Shown here piece by piece: positions 34,649-44,710 of a stretch of DNA of 64,000 bases. The stretch's first letter is position 1, and each line of letters opens with the position of its first letter. Made by a program: the position numbers and the translations under genes. The notes beneath the pieces were generated by a model. That model saw only the letters and a list, made by a program, of their open reading frames with translations, had not been told where the DNA came from and made no database searches. Origin of the DNA: Gemmatimonadales bacterium (GTDB lineage Bacteria > Gemmatimonadota > Gemmatimonadetes > Gemmatimonadales > GWC2-71-9); contig CBDFJJ010000007.1 in the NCBI GenBank assembly GCA_965248285.1, positions 109,209 through 173,208 of the forward strand. The letters run 5' to 3'.

Positions 34649-37013
34649 CGCCCTCGCTCCGGCTGCCGCTCGACGTGGCGACGTGACGATAGGGTTCCAG
34701 TTGCTCCTCGAAGTGCCGTCGAATGGCTTGATGCCAGTAGCGCTGGGTGGCCCCTCGATAGCCGTGATTCGCTTCGGGGAAGACCACGAGATCGTAGGGC
34801 TTTCCCGCCCGCGTCAGCGCTTCGACCATCTTCATGGTCGCCCCGAAGTGGGCGTTGACGTCGCTCGTGCCATGGACCAACAGCAGTCTCCCCTTGATGC
34901 GGTCAGCGAGGCGGAGACTCGAGCCGTACTCGTACTCCTCCCGATTCACCTGAGGCAAGCCCATGTAGGGCTCGATGGGACTGGCCCAGTGATAGAGGTC
35001 GGCAACGGGATACGTAGCGACGCCGGCAGCGTACACATCCGGCGCCAGCACCATCGCTCGAATCGTCATGTATCCACCCCAGGAGCCGCCGTAGATCCCC
35101 ACCCGACTCAAGTCCATGTAGGGCCGCTCCGCAGCCAGTTGCTTCAGCGTGGCGACATGATCCGGGATCTCATTCCGCCCGAAATTCTTGTAGACCACGT
35201 CCTGAAAGGCCTTGCCGCGCTCCGTGGTGCCGCGACCGTCCACACTGAACACGATGAAGCCCAGGTGCGATAAAGCCGCGGCACCATAATGGGGCCAGCC
35301 ACTCACGAACTTTCGCTGCACCATGGTGGTCTGCGGGCCGTTGTAGAGGAAGTCGACCACGGGATACCGCTTCGTCGGGTCGAAGTCGTATGGCCGGTAC
35401 ATCACGCCCCACAAATCGGTCTTGTCGTCCACCGCCTTCACCACGAACTCCTCCGGTGGATGCCACCCGATTGCCTCCAGCTCGCTGATGTCCGCCTCCG
35501 CCACCGTGCGGATCATCGTTCCGTCCGCCGCCCGCAAATCCACCCGGGGCGGTCGCGTCAGGTTGGAGTGTCGATCGAGAAAGAACTGCTTGGACGGGGT
35601 GAACTGCGCGGCATGCTGCCCCTCTTCGTGAGTGAGCCGCTCGAATCCCTTGCCGTCCAGCCCCACGCGGTAGACATGCGTGTCATACACCCGCTCTTCT
35701 GCGTGGCCCGTGAAATACACCCAGCCGTTCGCCGCATCCACCGCGGCCACTCTCAACACTGGCCAGGCTCCCTCCGTTAACCGGCGGATCAGATTGCCGT
35801 TCAAATCATAAAGGTAGAGGTGGTCCCAGCCGTCCCGCTCGGAGATCCAGAGAAATCGATTCGACTGCGGTAGAAGCGTGAACAGGTCGCCCCATCCGGG
35901 GTTGCCGGCAATCCCCTTGATGAAGGTGGGCTGCGTTTCGGTAAGGACGATCCGCGACTCGCCCGTCTCCGGATTCGCGGCCATCACGTCCAGCCGCTGG
36001 AACACCCGGTTCATCCGGAGGAACAATACTTCAGACCCGTCAGCCAACCACCCGATGATCCCGAAGTACTGATCCAGGTCCTGACCCGTGTCGATCTTGA
36101 CCTGCCGTTTGGACGAGATGTCCACGATATAAAGCGACGTTTGTGGCAAGGGCTGTCCCGCCTTGGTGAAGCGCTGCCACTCCACCTCTTCGGTGGTCTT
36201 GAGCCAGTGCACGACTGGGAACCACGGCACACCCTCCTGATTCGACTTGATGGTCACCACTTTCCAGCTGTTGGGCGACCACTTGGCCGCGGCTCCCCCC
36301 CGCACAGTGTTCAGCCGTCCACCGGCGATCTCCCACGCGTCGTCCTCGGTCCCGTCCGTGGTCAGCGGCTCCTCCCTGCCGTCGTAGGTCGAGCGGAGCC
36401 AGAGGTTGTAGTTCTTCTCCGCGAGAAACCACTGCCCGTCCGGGGACGGGAGCTCGTACACGTCCGGCGCCGTCTCCGGAAAGCTCTCGCGCACCCGGCG
36501 CGGCGTGGTCCGCGCCCGCTCACGGGCCGATTGGGGAGGAATTCGAGTCACCTCGTAGCTCTCACGATCCAGCCGAAACTCCCCACCCTCAAGTGTGAAC
36601 CGGACCACGCCGTCGTCGTCTTCCAGCGTAAACGACTCGAACGGCACGCCCCGATAGGGCGGTTCGTGGCCCAATGACTCGGTCAGGGCCTGGCGCAGAC
36701 GCCCGGTATCGAAAAATGCTGACTGGGTGTTAGCTCCCGGGTCGACTAGATACACCCCAACCGAGTCCGCCCCCCGCACGGCGTACCAGAAACGACTGCC
36801 GTCCGCCATCCAGTGCGCCGTGAGATCGCCGCCTTGGATCAGGCTGGGCAGGTCTAGATAGGCCTGATACATCTGTTCTCGTTTGGAGAGCTCTTGGGCA
36901 TCCGCCACGCTCCAGGAGCTTCCAACTGCTACCACGGTCAAACCAAATAGGTGCCTGCGTATCACGCTCGTCACTGCTGCAACTGCTGGGCAGCTGTCGT
37001 CATGTCGTCGCAT
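34605..37013 (-). CDS. S9B-family peptidase (dipeptidyl-peptidase IV-like)
   Basis: Nucleophile elbow GGSWGGYMT; ..HGTSDVNAH.. and ..EANHGY.. (Asp and His regions). Start is ATG 37013, or 37139 in the ORF track. The last ~14 codons and the stop lie inside the DUF885 remnant. Confidence 0.85.
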   Translation of the reverse strand: MRRHDDSCPAVAAVTSVIRRHLFGLTVVAVGSSWSVADAQELSKREQMYQAYLDLPSLIQGGDLTAHWMADGSRFWYAVRGADSVGVYLVDPGANTQSAFFDTGRLRQALTESLGHEPPYRGVPFESFTLEDDDGVVRFTLEGGEFRLDRESYEVTRIPPQSARERARTTPRRVRESFPETAPDVYELPSPDGQWFLAEKNYNLWLRSTYDGREEPLTTDGTEDDAWEIAGGRLNTVRGGAAAKWSPNSWKVVTIKSNQEGVPWFPVVHWLKTTEEVEWQRFTKAGQPLPQTSLYIVDISSKRQVKIDTGQDLDQYFGIIGWLADGSEVLFLRMNRVFQRLDVMAANPETGESRIVLTETQPTFIKGIAGNPGWGDLFTLLPQSNRFLWISERDGWDHLYLYDLNGNLIRRLTEGAWPVLRVAAVDAANGWVYFTGHAEERVYDTHVYRVGLDGKGFERLTHEEGQHAAQFTPSKQFFLDRHSNLTRPPRVDLRAADGTMIRTVAEADISELEAIGWHPPEEFVVKAVDDKTDLWGVMYRPYDFDPTKRYPVVDFLYNGPQTTMVQRKFVSGWPHYGAAALSHLGFIVFSVDGRGTTERGKAFQDVVYKNFGRNEIPDHVATLKQLAAERPYMDLSRVGIYGGSWGGYMTIRAMVLAPDVYAAGVATYPVADLYHWASPIEPYMGLPQVNREEYEYGSSLRLADRIKGRLLLVHGTSDVNAHFGATMKMVEALTRAGKPYDLVVFPEANHGYRGATQRYWHQAIRRHFEEQLEPYRHVATSSGSRSEGGLPSVSPPESSPGR

Positions 37014-37264
37014 GCTTTCCGCGCCTCCATTCCTTACGCTCTGCACTCGCTTGCCAGGGATCGCACTGCCGAGCTTGGTTGCGGGCGCGAAACCCGCGGG
37101 CTTGCGGTCAAGATCAGGAACGATCATCTCTTTGGCCATGTGGACTTCTCCCCACGAGGAGCGATGCTCCTCGTGATTTCATTGTCGGGCTAGGTTTCGG
37201 ACACGTCGGCCGACTTTCGTGTTTCGAGCCTCTCAGCCTCTCGCCACATTAGCGTCCGATGACG

Positions 37265-40200
37265 CTATCGCGCGAGCTGGAAATACATGCGGGCCGCCGG
37301 CCGTGGATCCGGGTAGACTCGAGCGGCGTCGTCACCGCTGTATACGACGCCGTTCTTCATCACATAGACGACCGATCGCGTGTTCCGAATGTTCACCAGA
37401 GGATTGTCGCGGAGCACAACTAGATCGGCCAGCTTGCCCACCTCGATCGACCCGAGCGCGTGATCCAGTCCGGTATGACGCGCCCCGTTGATGGTGGCGA
37501 TCTGAATCGTTTCCATCGGGCTGAAACCGCCCTGGGTGAACAGCTCCATCTCCCAGTGCGCATCGAGTCCCAGCATCTGCCCATGGGCGCCGAGCTGGAT
37601 CCGCACGCCCGCGTCGTGCAGCCGCTTGAGGTTGGCGGCGAGCTTCGGCGCGAACTGATCGTCCGGCCAGTAGTGCGTCGAACGCCGGGTGCGGGCGATG
37701 AGCTCGTCGCGCGTCGCGAAGTTCAGGAGCTTTGGGTTTTCCCACAACCGTTCCGACAGGTAAAAGAACGTTTCACCATACGGGCCGTCCAGCGTCACCA
37801 CCAGGGTCGGCGTGATCCCCGTCTCGGCGGCCGCGTGGATCCGCACCACGTCCTCGAAGAGCGGAGTATATCCCATGCCGTGCGCGATGCCCGTCGCGCC
37901 ATCGATCAGGCGGGTGAAGTTGCTCTGGGCATCCCCGCTCGGTTCCACCACCAGGTTCAGACCCTCTTCCCGGGCGGCTGTTGCCAGCATGTGACGGACC
38001 TTGCGCGTGCGCGTGAGGTAGTCCTTGAGCGCGGTGGCCCCGTGCGCCTTGTTGAAGCGCACGTGTTCGCGGGCGTCATCGATTGACTGAATCGCCCGGT
38101 ACTGCTTGGGTCTGAACTCCCTCGCGCCGTAGATCAGCGAGCCCACCGTGAACAGCCGGGGTCCCGTCATCGCTCCCTGCCGGAGCATGTCCGACACCCA
38201 GGCGTCCTTCCGATTGGAGCCCGCCACTTCGTACATGGTGGTCACGCCGTGCGCGAGGGCCGCGTGCAGCCTGGCGATTCGCTGTTGCAGGACATTGAGG
38301 CCGGAAATGCTGCTGTTGTAGTGGGCGTGCACGTCGACGATCCCGGGCATCACGGTATGGCCGGGAAGGTCGTAGACCCTGGCGTCCGATGGGATGCGGA
38401 CGGCAGGCCCGATTGCCTCGATCCGATTCCGGCGCACGAGCACGGTGGCGTTCTCCATCACCTCGCGGCCGGCGTTCATGGTGATCACCCGTACACCGGT
38501 GAAGGCGACGGTCGAAAACGGAACATCGACCTGGAATGGAACGGAGACGTCGATCCCGTGGGCCGGGCGCTGTCCTGCTAAGACGTCATCGAGAGATTTT
38601 TCGTAGAAATTTCCTCCGCGCGTCCAGTAGAGCGTGTCGCTGCTGGCCGCCCACGAGAAGAACAGTCCGTCTGCTTCGGCATCGACCCGCCTATTGAACC
38701 CCTGCTTGTCCTCCGCACTGATTGTGACCGCCTTGCCGGCAAAGTCGAACGGGGTGACGTAGGTACGGCTGTATTCGTGAAACGCAATCCACCGGGCATC
38801 GGGCGAGATGGCGGCGCCGATGCCATGCGGAAACCGATAGAGCGTCATCTCCTCCAGACCGTCGAGTCGAATCTTCTTCAACATCAACGTGTCGCCCACG
38901 AACTCCTGGAAGTAGACTCGATCACCATGCGGGTCGAACGACGTCATGGGTGGATACCTGGCTCGCCGGTTCGCGCTCAAGGAGACGTCCGTCACCTTTT
39001 GCTCTTTCCCATCCGGCCCAATGACCACCAGCTCGAATTCGGTCTGTCCTTCGAGGCGTCCGCCCATCCGGAGCGCGCCCGCCCCGCGGACAAACGCGAC
39101 CGACCGACCGTCGGGTGATACGGATAACGCTCCGTACTGAGTCGGCGTGGATGTCAACTTCCGCGGACGGCCCTCGGGAAGCGGGAGCGCGTAGATTGCC
39201 CCCATCTCATCGTCGCTCCACGACGCGTAGTAGAGCGTTCGGGTAGGCGGGTGGTACGCGGGACTGGTCTCGTGTGCCGCCGACCTTGTCAGGTTCCGGA
39301 TCTCGTTCCCAGATTTCAGATACAGATCGCCCAGCGTTTCAAACAGCATCCCCTGATCGGTGCGCTGAGCCCAGCGATGCGCCCGCGTTTGCGTCGGCCC
39401 CTCGGGAATCGGTACCGGGAACAGAATCGTTTTGTCGAGTTCCCGATGCACTCGAGCCCGGAAGGGGATGGTACGTATGTCTCTCGACTCCACGTTGACG
39501 GCGCGGATCTTTCCCCCGATGGCAACGAGCACCTCCGCCCCGCTCGGGTGCCAGGCCATCGTCGGGTAAGTTCCGTGATGATAGACTCTGAACACTTGCC
39601 GATCCCGGTCGAGCGGGGCCAGCACCCGCTCCTGGAACGTCTCCAGGTCGTGGAGGATGAGCTGGGACTGGAGATCGTCCCGGTGCACATATGCCAGGTA
39701 TCGGCCATCGGGCGAGAGGGCCGGATTCATGGCACCCCCCGGGCGGTCCAGGTACACATCGACCGTTCCCGTGCGCAGATCATATGTCTTGATCCGGGCT
39801 CCACTCGCGTACAGGTCGCCGTCGTTGTGCTCGTAGAACAGTTTCTGACGGGCCGCATGCTCCCTGAACACGTTGGCTGGTCCCCCACCTGGACCTGACG
39901 AGGTTCGAAACACCCCCAGGTCGAGCAGCTGCTGTTTGCTGCCGCGAACATGAAACTGATAGACCCTGTTATGAGAGCCGTCCGTGAAGACGGCGGCGTA
40001 GAGGTGGCGGCCGTCAGCAGACCACGTGCCCCGAAAGACCACGAGGTCGCTCTTCGAGACATTCTCCAAATCGCCGGTGGCTCGATCCAAGACCCAGAGA
40101 TCATCACTCCCGCTCCGGTCCGACGTGAACGCGATTTGCGTCCCATCGGGACTGTATTGCGGAAACATGTTCCACGAGCGCCCCGTGGTGAGCGCCGTCG

Positions 40201-40441
40201 CGTCTCCACCCCGGGCCGGCATCTGGTAGATGTGTCCCAAGAGATCGAACACGATCGTCTGGCCATCGGGCGACACGTCCAGGCTGATCCAGGTGCCCTC
40301 GGTCGCCATATAGTCCAAGACCGTGGTTTCCGGAGCGTGAGAACGCTCGACGTCCCACTCCTGACTCCACGCGCTGGCCGGCAGCGCGAGGGCCAATGCG
40401 GCGATAGCGGTGTTGAGCCGCGGAAGACCCAAAGTCGACAC
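37265..40441 (-). CDS. TolB-like beta-propeller plus amidohydrolase fusion protein
   Basis: ORF 37265..41071 trimmed to GTG 40441 (AAGAGG SD 6 nt upstream). This gives the signal STLGLPRLNTAIAALALALPASAWSQ, and the N-terminus then aligns with paralogue 52712..56065. Amidohydrolase motif: PGIVDVHAHY. Confidence 0.85.
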   Translation of the reverse strand: MSTLGLPRLNTAIAALALALPASAWSQEWDVERSHAPETTVLDYMATEGTWISLDVSPDGQTIVFDLLGHIYQMPARGGDATALTTGRSWNMFPQYSPDGTQIAFTSDRSGSDDLWVLDRATGDLENVSKSDLVVFRGTWSADGRHLYAAVFTDGSHNRVYQFHVRGSKQQLLDLGVFRTSSGPGGGPANVFREHAARQKLFYEHNDGDLYASGARIKTYDLRTGTVDVYLDRPGGAMNPALSPDGRYLAYVHRDDLQSQLILHDLETFQERVLAPLDRDRQVFRVYHHGTYPTMAWHPSGAEVLVAIGGKIRAVNVESRDIRTIPFRARVHRELDKTILFPVPIPEGPTQTRAHRWAQRTDQGMLFETLGDLYLKSGNEIRNLTRSAAHETSPAYHPPTRTLYYASWSDDEMGAIYALPLPEGRPRKLTSTPTQYGALSVSPDGRSVAFVRGAGALRMGGRLEGQTEFELVVIGPDGKEQKVTDVSLSANRRARYPPMTSFDPHGDRVYFQEFVGDTLMLKKIRLDGLEEMTLYRFPHGIGAAISPDARWIAFHEYSRTYVTPFDFAGKAVTISAEDKQGFNRRVDAEADGLFFSWAASSDTLYWTRGGNFYEKSLDDVLAGQRPAHGIDVSVPFQVDVPFSTVAFTGVRVITMNAGREVMENATVLVRRNRIEAIGPAVRIPSDARVYDLPGHTVMPGIVDVHAHYNSSISGLNVLQQRIARLHAALAHGVTTMYEVAGSNRKDAWVSDMLRQGAMTGPRLFTVGSLIYGAREFRPKQYRAIQSIDDAREHVRFNKAHGATALKDYLTRTRKVRHMLATAAREEGLNLVVEPSGDAQSNFTRLIDGATGIAHGMGYTPLFEDVVRIHAAAETGITPTLVVTLDGPYGETFFYLSERLWENPKLLNFATRDELIARTRRSTHYWPDDQFAPKLAANLKRLHDAGVRIQLGAHGQMLGLDAHWEMELFTQGGFSPMETIQIATINGARHTGLDHALGSIEVGKLADLVVLRDNPLVNIRNTRSVVYVMKNGVVYSGDDAARVYPDPRPAARMYFQLAR

Positions 40442-40503
40442 GTGGCACCTCTTGATGTCTGGAAAGGTAGGTCTGAGCCAGGCTTCGCAACCGAAAGCCG
40501 GCC

Positions 40504-40546
40504 GGGCCCGCACCGTCACCAAGGACATAAGGTTTAGGTAGTTGGC
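40504..40546 (+). repeat. ~42-bp direct repeat, copy 2
   Basis: GGGCCCGCaCCGTCACCAAGGACaTAAGGTttagGTAGTTGGC. Weaker similarity extends about 55 nt upstream (TTGATG..CAGGCtTCGC). Confidence 0.7.
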
Positions 40547-40669
40547 GCATCTGGCAACCCCTGATCGCCGGCCTGCGGGACGGTCACTGGCGTTGCCGGG
40601 CACCCCAGACAGCCCCGAACCAGCCATCCGGGGCGTCGGCGGCAACAGTCTAGGCCGAGGTGGAACCGG

Positions 40670-40845
40670 CTGTGGCGCGAGCCCGCCGGGCGGGTCGAGG
40701 CGATGCGCGCGAACGGCACCTCGCAGGGGTTCCATATGCAGCACCTCCTGTGGGCGAGAGACGATGGCGCGCACCTGAAGCGGTTTCGCCATGGCATGGG
40801 ATTCGAGATACTCGCGACTTTGGCCCATCCTGTATGCAGCCTGAG
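40670..40845 (+). pseudogene. Type B carboxylesterase gene, N-terminal fragment
   Basis: GVPYAAPPVGERRWRAPEAVSPWHGIRDTRDFGPSCMQP matches the family N-terminal signature (compare GIPYAKPPVG..W....A..YGP.CPQ). Homology stops at about 40845, where an AT-rich tract begins. A frame change upstream is likely. Confidence 0.65.
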
Positions 40846-41056
40846 AGACTATCTTTAAAGAGAGACTGCATAACCAGATTCTGAGCCCGTTACCGTAAGG
40901 GTAATCGGTAGCGAAGATTGTCTTACGGACCCGTTTGGCTGAGCAAAAACAAGTCGTAGTCGTGACAATTAATGATAGATTGGGTGCGTTCGGGTTTCTG
41001 GCGCATCCAGAATTAAAAATGAGAAAGAGCACGATAAAGTAAACCTGCCATGGTAA

Positions 41057-42751
41057 TTGAGTTCTGCGCACTCGAATCGCATTCGGCTGGACGATCGAAT
41101 CGGTAGTCTTGCTGGCAAATCCGTCGAATCCCAGCCAACCGGACCAGAGCGACGCTACCCAGTGAGAGCTGTCGAGAGCCTAACACGGCTCGTCGGAGCC
41201 GAGCACTCGACGATTCCCGAGGTGCTGGCGGCGCGCGCCAAAGCAAGTCCGGACCAGGTGTTTCTATACTGGAACCGGCGGCAGTGGACCTATGCACAGG
41301 GTCTAGCAGAGATCCGGCGGTTCAGCGGCTTCCTCGATGCCCACCTGCGTCCGCCAGAGCGACCCCGAGTCGTGACGTATCTCAGCAACCGACCCGAGGC
41401 GCTCTGGGGTTGGCTGGGGTCGGTGTGGAACGGGACGACGTCAGTGGCGATCAACCGAAATCATAAGGGAGAGCTCCTGGTGGACATGTTGGCTCGGTCG
41501 AAGGCCAGCATCCTGTTGACAGAACCCACCGCGGTAGCGGACCTGCCAGACCTGAAGGCGCTCGGCATCGACACCGTTGTCCTCACCGATGGTGACAGTG
41601 AGCGGATCTCAATCGCCGGGGTCTGCACTGTCCCGTTCCAACGGGCCATGGAGACGCCGGCCGGCGAGGCACACCGATCCGATCCAACGGCCATTGCCAG
41701 TGTGCTCTACACGTCGGGGACCACGGGGCGGTCGAAGGCAGTCATGGTTCCCCACAACCAGTACTGCCGCGGCGCGGCCCGTCTGGTGGACGCGTACGGC
41801 TGTGGTCCCGAAGATGTCTTTCACAATTGGCTTCCGCTGTATCACCTGGGCGGTCAGTTGCACATGACCATGGGCGCCGTCATCGCCGGCGGCACGGTGG
41901 CGCTATTCCCGACGTTTTCGCGGAGCCAGTTCTTCAAGCAAGTAGCCGAGGTGAAGGCGACGGTGATTTGTGGATTCGCCGCGATTCTCCACATGCTTTG
42001 GTCGCTGCCCGAGTCGTCCGGCGACGCGGACAACACCCTCTGCACCGGCATTATCGCGGGCATTCCGACGGAGCTGCACGAGCGCTTCGAGCAGCGCTTT
42101 GGGTTCACGGTCGCGGATCAGTACGGGATGACCGAGGCCGAGCCGGTGACCCTGCCGCGGCCTGATGTCGCCACCCCCCCGGGCTCATGCGGCTTTCCCT
42201 CGGACGACTTTCAAGTCGCGATTGTCGATGACCGCGGCTTCCGCCTGCCTCCGGGCTGCCGCGGCGAAATCGTGCTCCGACCGCGCGTCCCTGGCATCAT
42301 GATGATCGGCTACGAGGATGACCCGAGCGCGGAGCTGGAGGCATATCGCGGATTGTGGTTCCACACCGGCGACCTCGGCCGAATGGATGAACAGGGCTTC
42401 CTCTACTTCCTGGGCCGCCTGAAGAGCGCGATTCGGCGGCGGGGAGAGAATATCTCCGCCGTGGAAGTTGAGGCGATGTTGTTGAAGCACCCTGACGTCG
42501 CGGAATGCGCCGCCGTCGGCGTGCCTTCGTCGCTCGGCGAAGAGGAGATCAAGGTTGTGGTCGCGCGGAAGCCTGGGGCCCTGCTCACCGAGCCGGACCT
42601 TCACGCGTTCGCAGCGGAACGCATGGCCGCGTTCATGGTGCCGCGGTTCATCGAGATCCGCGACGCGCTCCCGAAAACGGACTTGGGCAAGCTGAAGACA
42701 GACGAGGTCAAGAACCTAGACGCGGCGACCTGGGACGCCCAGGAGCCTTGA
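41057..42751 (+). CDS. AMP-dependent acyl-CoA synthetase/ligase
   Basis: AMP-binding motif LYTSGTTGRSKAV; ..YGMTE.. and ..WFHTGDLG..GRLKSAIRRRGENI... The true start may be GTG 41162. Confidence 0.85.
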   Translation: MSSAHSNRIRLDDRIGSLAGKSVESQPTGPERRYPVRAVESLTRLVGAEHSTIPEVLAARAKASPDQVFLYWNRRQWTYAQGLAEIRRFSGFLDAHLRPPERPRVVTYLSNRPEALWGWLGSVWNGTTSVAINRNHKGELLVDMLARSKASILLTEPTAVADLPDLKALGIDTVVLTDGDSERISIAGVCTVPFQRAMETPAGEAHRSDPTAIASVLYTSGTTGRSKAVMVPHNQYCRGAARLVDAYGCGPEDVFHNWLPLYHLGGQLHMTMGAVIAGGTVALFPTFSRSQFFKQVAEVKATVICGFAAILHMLWSLPESSGDADNTLCTGIIAGIPTELHERFEQRFGFTVADQYGMTEAEPVTLPRPDVATPPGSCGFPSDDFQVAIVDDRGFRLPPGCRGEIVLRPRVPGIMMIGYEDDPSAELEAYRGLWFHTGDLGRMDEQGFLYFLGRLKSAIRRRGENISAVEVEAMLLKHPDVAECAAVGVPSSLGEEEIKVVVARKPGALLTEPDLHAFAAERMAAFMVPRFIEIRDALPKTDLGKLKTDEVKNLDAATWDAQEP

Positions 42752-42813
42752 GTCGCAAGCGGGTCACTGCACGGCCAAGGCCGGCCGTGGTCGCGAAAGC
42801 GCGGAGGTAAACT

Positions 42814-43587
42814 ATGAACCCATTCCGGCTCGACGGGCAAGTCGCGCTGGTGACGGGGTCGAGTCGTGGCATCGGGCGCGCTATAGCGTGCGCCATGGCC
42901 GACGCGGGAGCGGCGGTCGTGGTGTCGAGCCGCAAGCTCAAGTTGTGCGAGCAAGTCGTTCGCGACATCGAGACCCAGGGGGGACGGGCACTAGCGGTCG
43001 CCTGCAACGTGTCGCACAAGGACCAACTCGAGCGCCTCGTTGAGCGTGCCGACTCGACGTACGGCCGGATTGACATTTTGGTCTGCAACGCTGCCACCAA
43101 CCCGCATTACGGCCCAATGGCGGACATGAGCGACGCGGCCTATGAAAAGACGATGGCCGCGAATCTCCGGAGCACATTCTGGCTCAGTAACATGGTGGTG
43201 CCACGGATGGCTGATCGCGCCAGCGGCTCTGTCATTGTGATCTCGAGCATCGGTGAGAAGGTTGGCAGCAAGACGATCGGGGTCTACAATATATCCAAGG
43301 CGGCAAACTCGCAGCTGGTCCGGAATCTGGCGGTAGAGTGGGGAGCGCGGAATGTCCGGGCAAATTCCATCGCTCCCGGCCTGATCAAAACGGATATGGC
43401 ACGCGCGCTATGGGAAAGCACGACCATCAGGCAGTTCGTCGAGGATCACACGCCGCTCGAGCGAATCGGCACAACCGACGACGTCGCCGCCGTCGCGGTG
43501 TTCCTCGCGTCGCCGGCCGCGGCGTTCGTGACGGGACAGACCCTCGTGGTGGACGGCGGCTTCACGATCGCGGAGCTCGTGGGTTAG
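42814..43587 (+). CDS. SDR-family oxidoreductase
   Basis: Cofactor motif [13 protein letters not shown], catalytic [11 protein letters not shown] region. Confidence 0.85.
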   Translation: MNPFRLDGQVALVTGSSRGIGRAIACAMADAGAAVVVSSRKLKLCEQVVRDIETQGGRALAVACNVSHKDQLERLVERADSTYGRIDILVCNAATNPHYGPMADMSDAAYEKTMAANLRSTFWLSNMVVPRMADRASGSVIVISSIGEKVGSKTIGVYNISKAANSQLVRNLAVEWGARNVRANSIAPGLIKTDMARALWESTTIRQFVEDHTPLERIGTTDDVAAVAVFLASPAAAFVTGQTLVVDGGFTIAELVG

Positions 43588-43630
43588 ACCATGCGGGCCA
43601 CATTCCGGCCGACTCCAGAAAGGAGCAGGA

Positions 43631-44710
43631 ATGAACCGGGCTTCCGAGCGGTTTGTCGGCGCTGGCGAGGTTCGGGAGGGACACGGTTTCGATGTTCGGG
43701 CGCTGCAACGCTATCTCGCCGAGCACATCGACGGCTTCCCCAACATCCGGTCCTTGCAAGAGTTCCGGGGCGGACAATCGAACCCGACGTACCTGCTCCA
43801 CACCACGAGCGGGAAGTACGTCCTCCGGCGTCGCCCGCCCGGTCGGCTCCTCAAATCGGCGCACGCCGTGGACCGCGAATATCGGGTGACCCGCGCCCTC
43901 CACGGCTTGAGGCTGCCCGTGGCTCGCCCTCTTCTCCTGTGCGAAGACGACGCGGTGATCGGCACCGCATTCTACATCATGGAATTCGTCGACGGGCGCG
44001 TGTTCTGGGATCCGACGCTGCCCCAAGTTCGCTTTCCGGAACGTACCCTCGTGTATGACGCGATGAATCAGACGCTCGCCAAGCTACATAGCGTGGACTA
44101 TGCCACCATCGGGCTCGCGGACTTCGGACCGCACGGGGACTATTTCCAGCGGCAGATCTCCCGTTGGTCAGAACAATACACCCAGTCGGAATCCGAGCTG
44201 CACCCCGCAATGCGAGGCCTCATCGAATGGTTGCCGGACGCGATGCCTCGCGCCCCGGCGGAGACCTGCGTCATCCACGGCGACTACCGGGTGGATAACG
44301 CCATCTTCCATCCGACGGAGCCGAGGGTTCTCGCGGTCATCGACTGGGAGCTTTCCACGCTCGGCCATCCGCTGGCGGACTTGAGCTATCAATGCATGCA
44401 ATGGCGCATGCCCGCCGGAGCATTCGGGAGCCTGGAAGGTGGAGATCGAGCCGCGTTGGGCCTGCCGACTGAGGAAGAGTATGTGGCCGCCTATTGCGCG
44501 CGCACGGGGCGACCCGGCGTCGAACACTGGGATCATTACATCGTCTACAACATGTTCCGGTTCGCCGCGATCCTCTTTGGCGTGCGGGCGAGGGCCCGGG
44601 CCGGTACGGCCGCCAGTCAGCATGCGCTCGTCATGAGTGCGCAAGCGGCCCCCATTGCCGAGCGGGCCTGGGAGCTGGCGCGTCGGCTCGGGGCCCAGAG
44701 CCTCGCGTGA
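43631..44710 (+). CDS. APH-family phosphotransferase (ACAD10/11- and LvaA-type kinase fold)
   Basis: Brenner-type motif [13 protein letters not shown], then [16 protein letters not shown]. Confidence 0.75.
   Translation: MNRASERFVGAGEVREGHGFDVRALQRYLAEHIDGFPNIRSLQEFRGGQSNPTYLLHTTSGKYVLRRRPPGRLLKSAHAVDREYRVTRALHGLRLPVARPLLLCEDDAVIGTAFYIMEFVDGRVFWDPTLPQVRFPERTLVYDAMNQTLAKLHSVDYATIGLADFGPHGDYFQRQISRWSEQYTQSESELHPAMRGLIEWLPDAMPRAPAETCVIHGDYRVDNAIFHPTEPRVLAVIDWELSTLGHPLADLSYQCMQWRMPAGAFGSLEGGDRAALGLPTEEEYVAAYCARTGRPGVEHWDHYIVYNMFRFAAILFGVRARARAGTAASQHALVMSAQAAPIAERAWELARRLGAQSLA

Noticed and set aside
40443-40458. TGGCAC-N5-GATG on the plus strand, which looks like a -24 element.
   Set aside because: The -12 GC is absent, and it overlaps the start codon and SD of the minus-strand gene. 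The nearest plus-strand gene is 600 nt away.
40879-40906. A partial match to the 28-bp motif (GTTAC-CGTAA-GGGTAA-TCGGTAG-CGAAG).
   Set aside because: The third half-site is missing, and no GG-N10-GC site was found about 95 nt away in either direction.
40442-41071. A 210-codon N-terminal extension of the amidohydrolase ORF (37265..41071).
   Set aside because: The paralogue alignment, signal peptide and AAGAGG SD all point to GTG 40441. The extension runs through AT-rich DNA and the antisense of a carboxylesterase relic.
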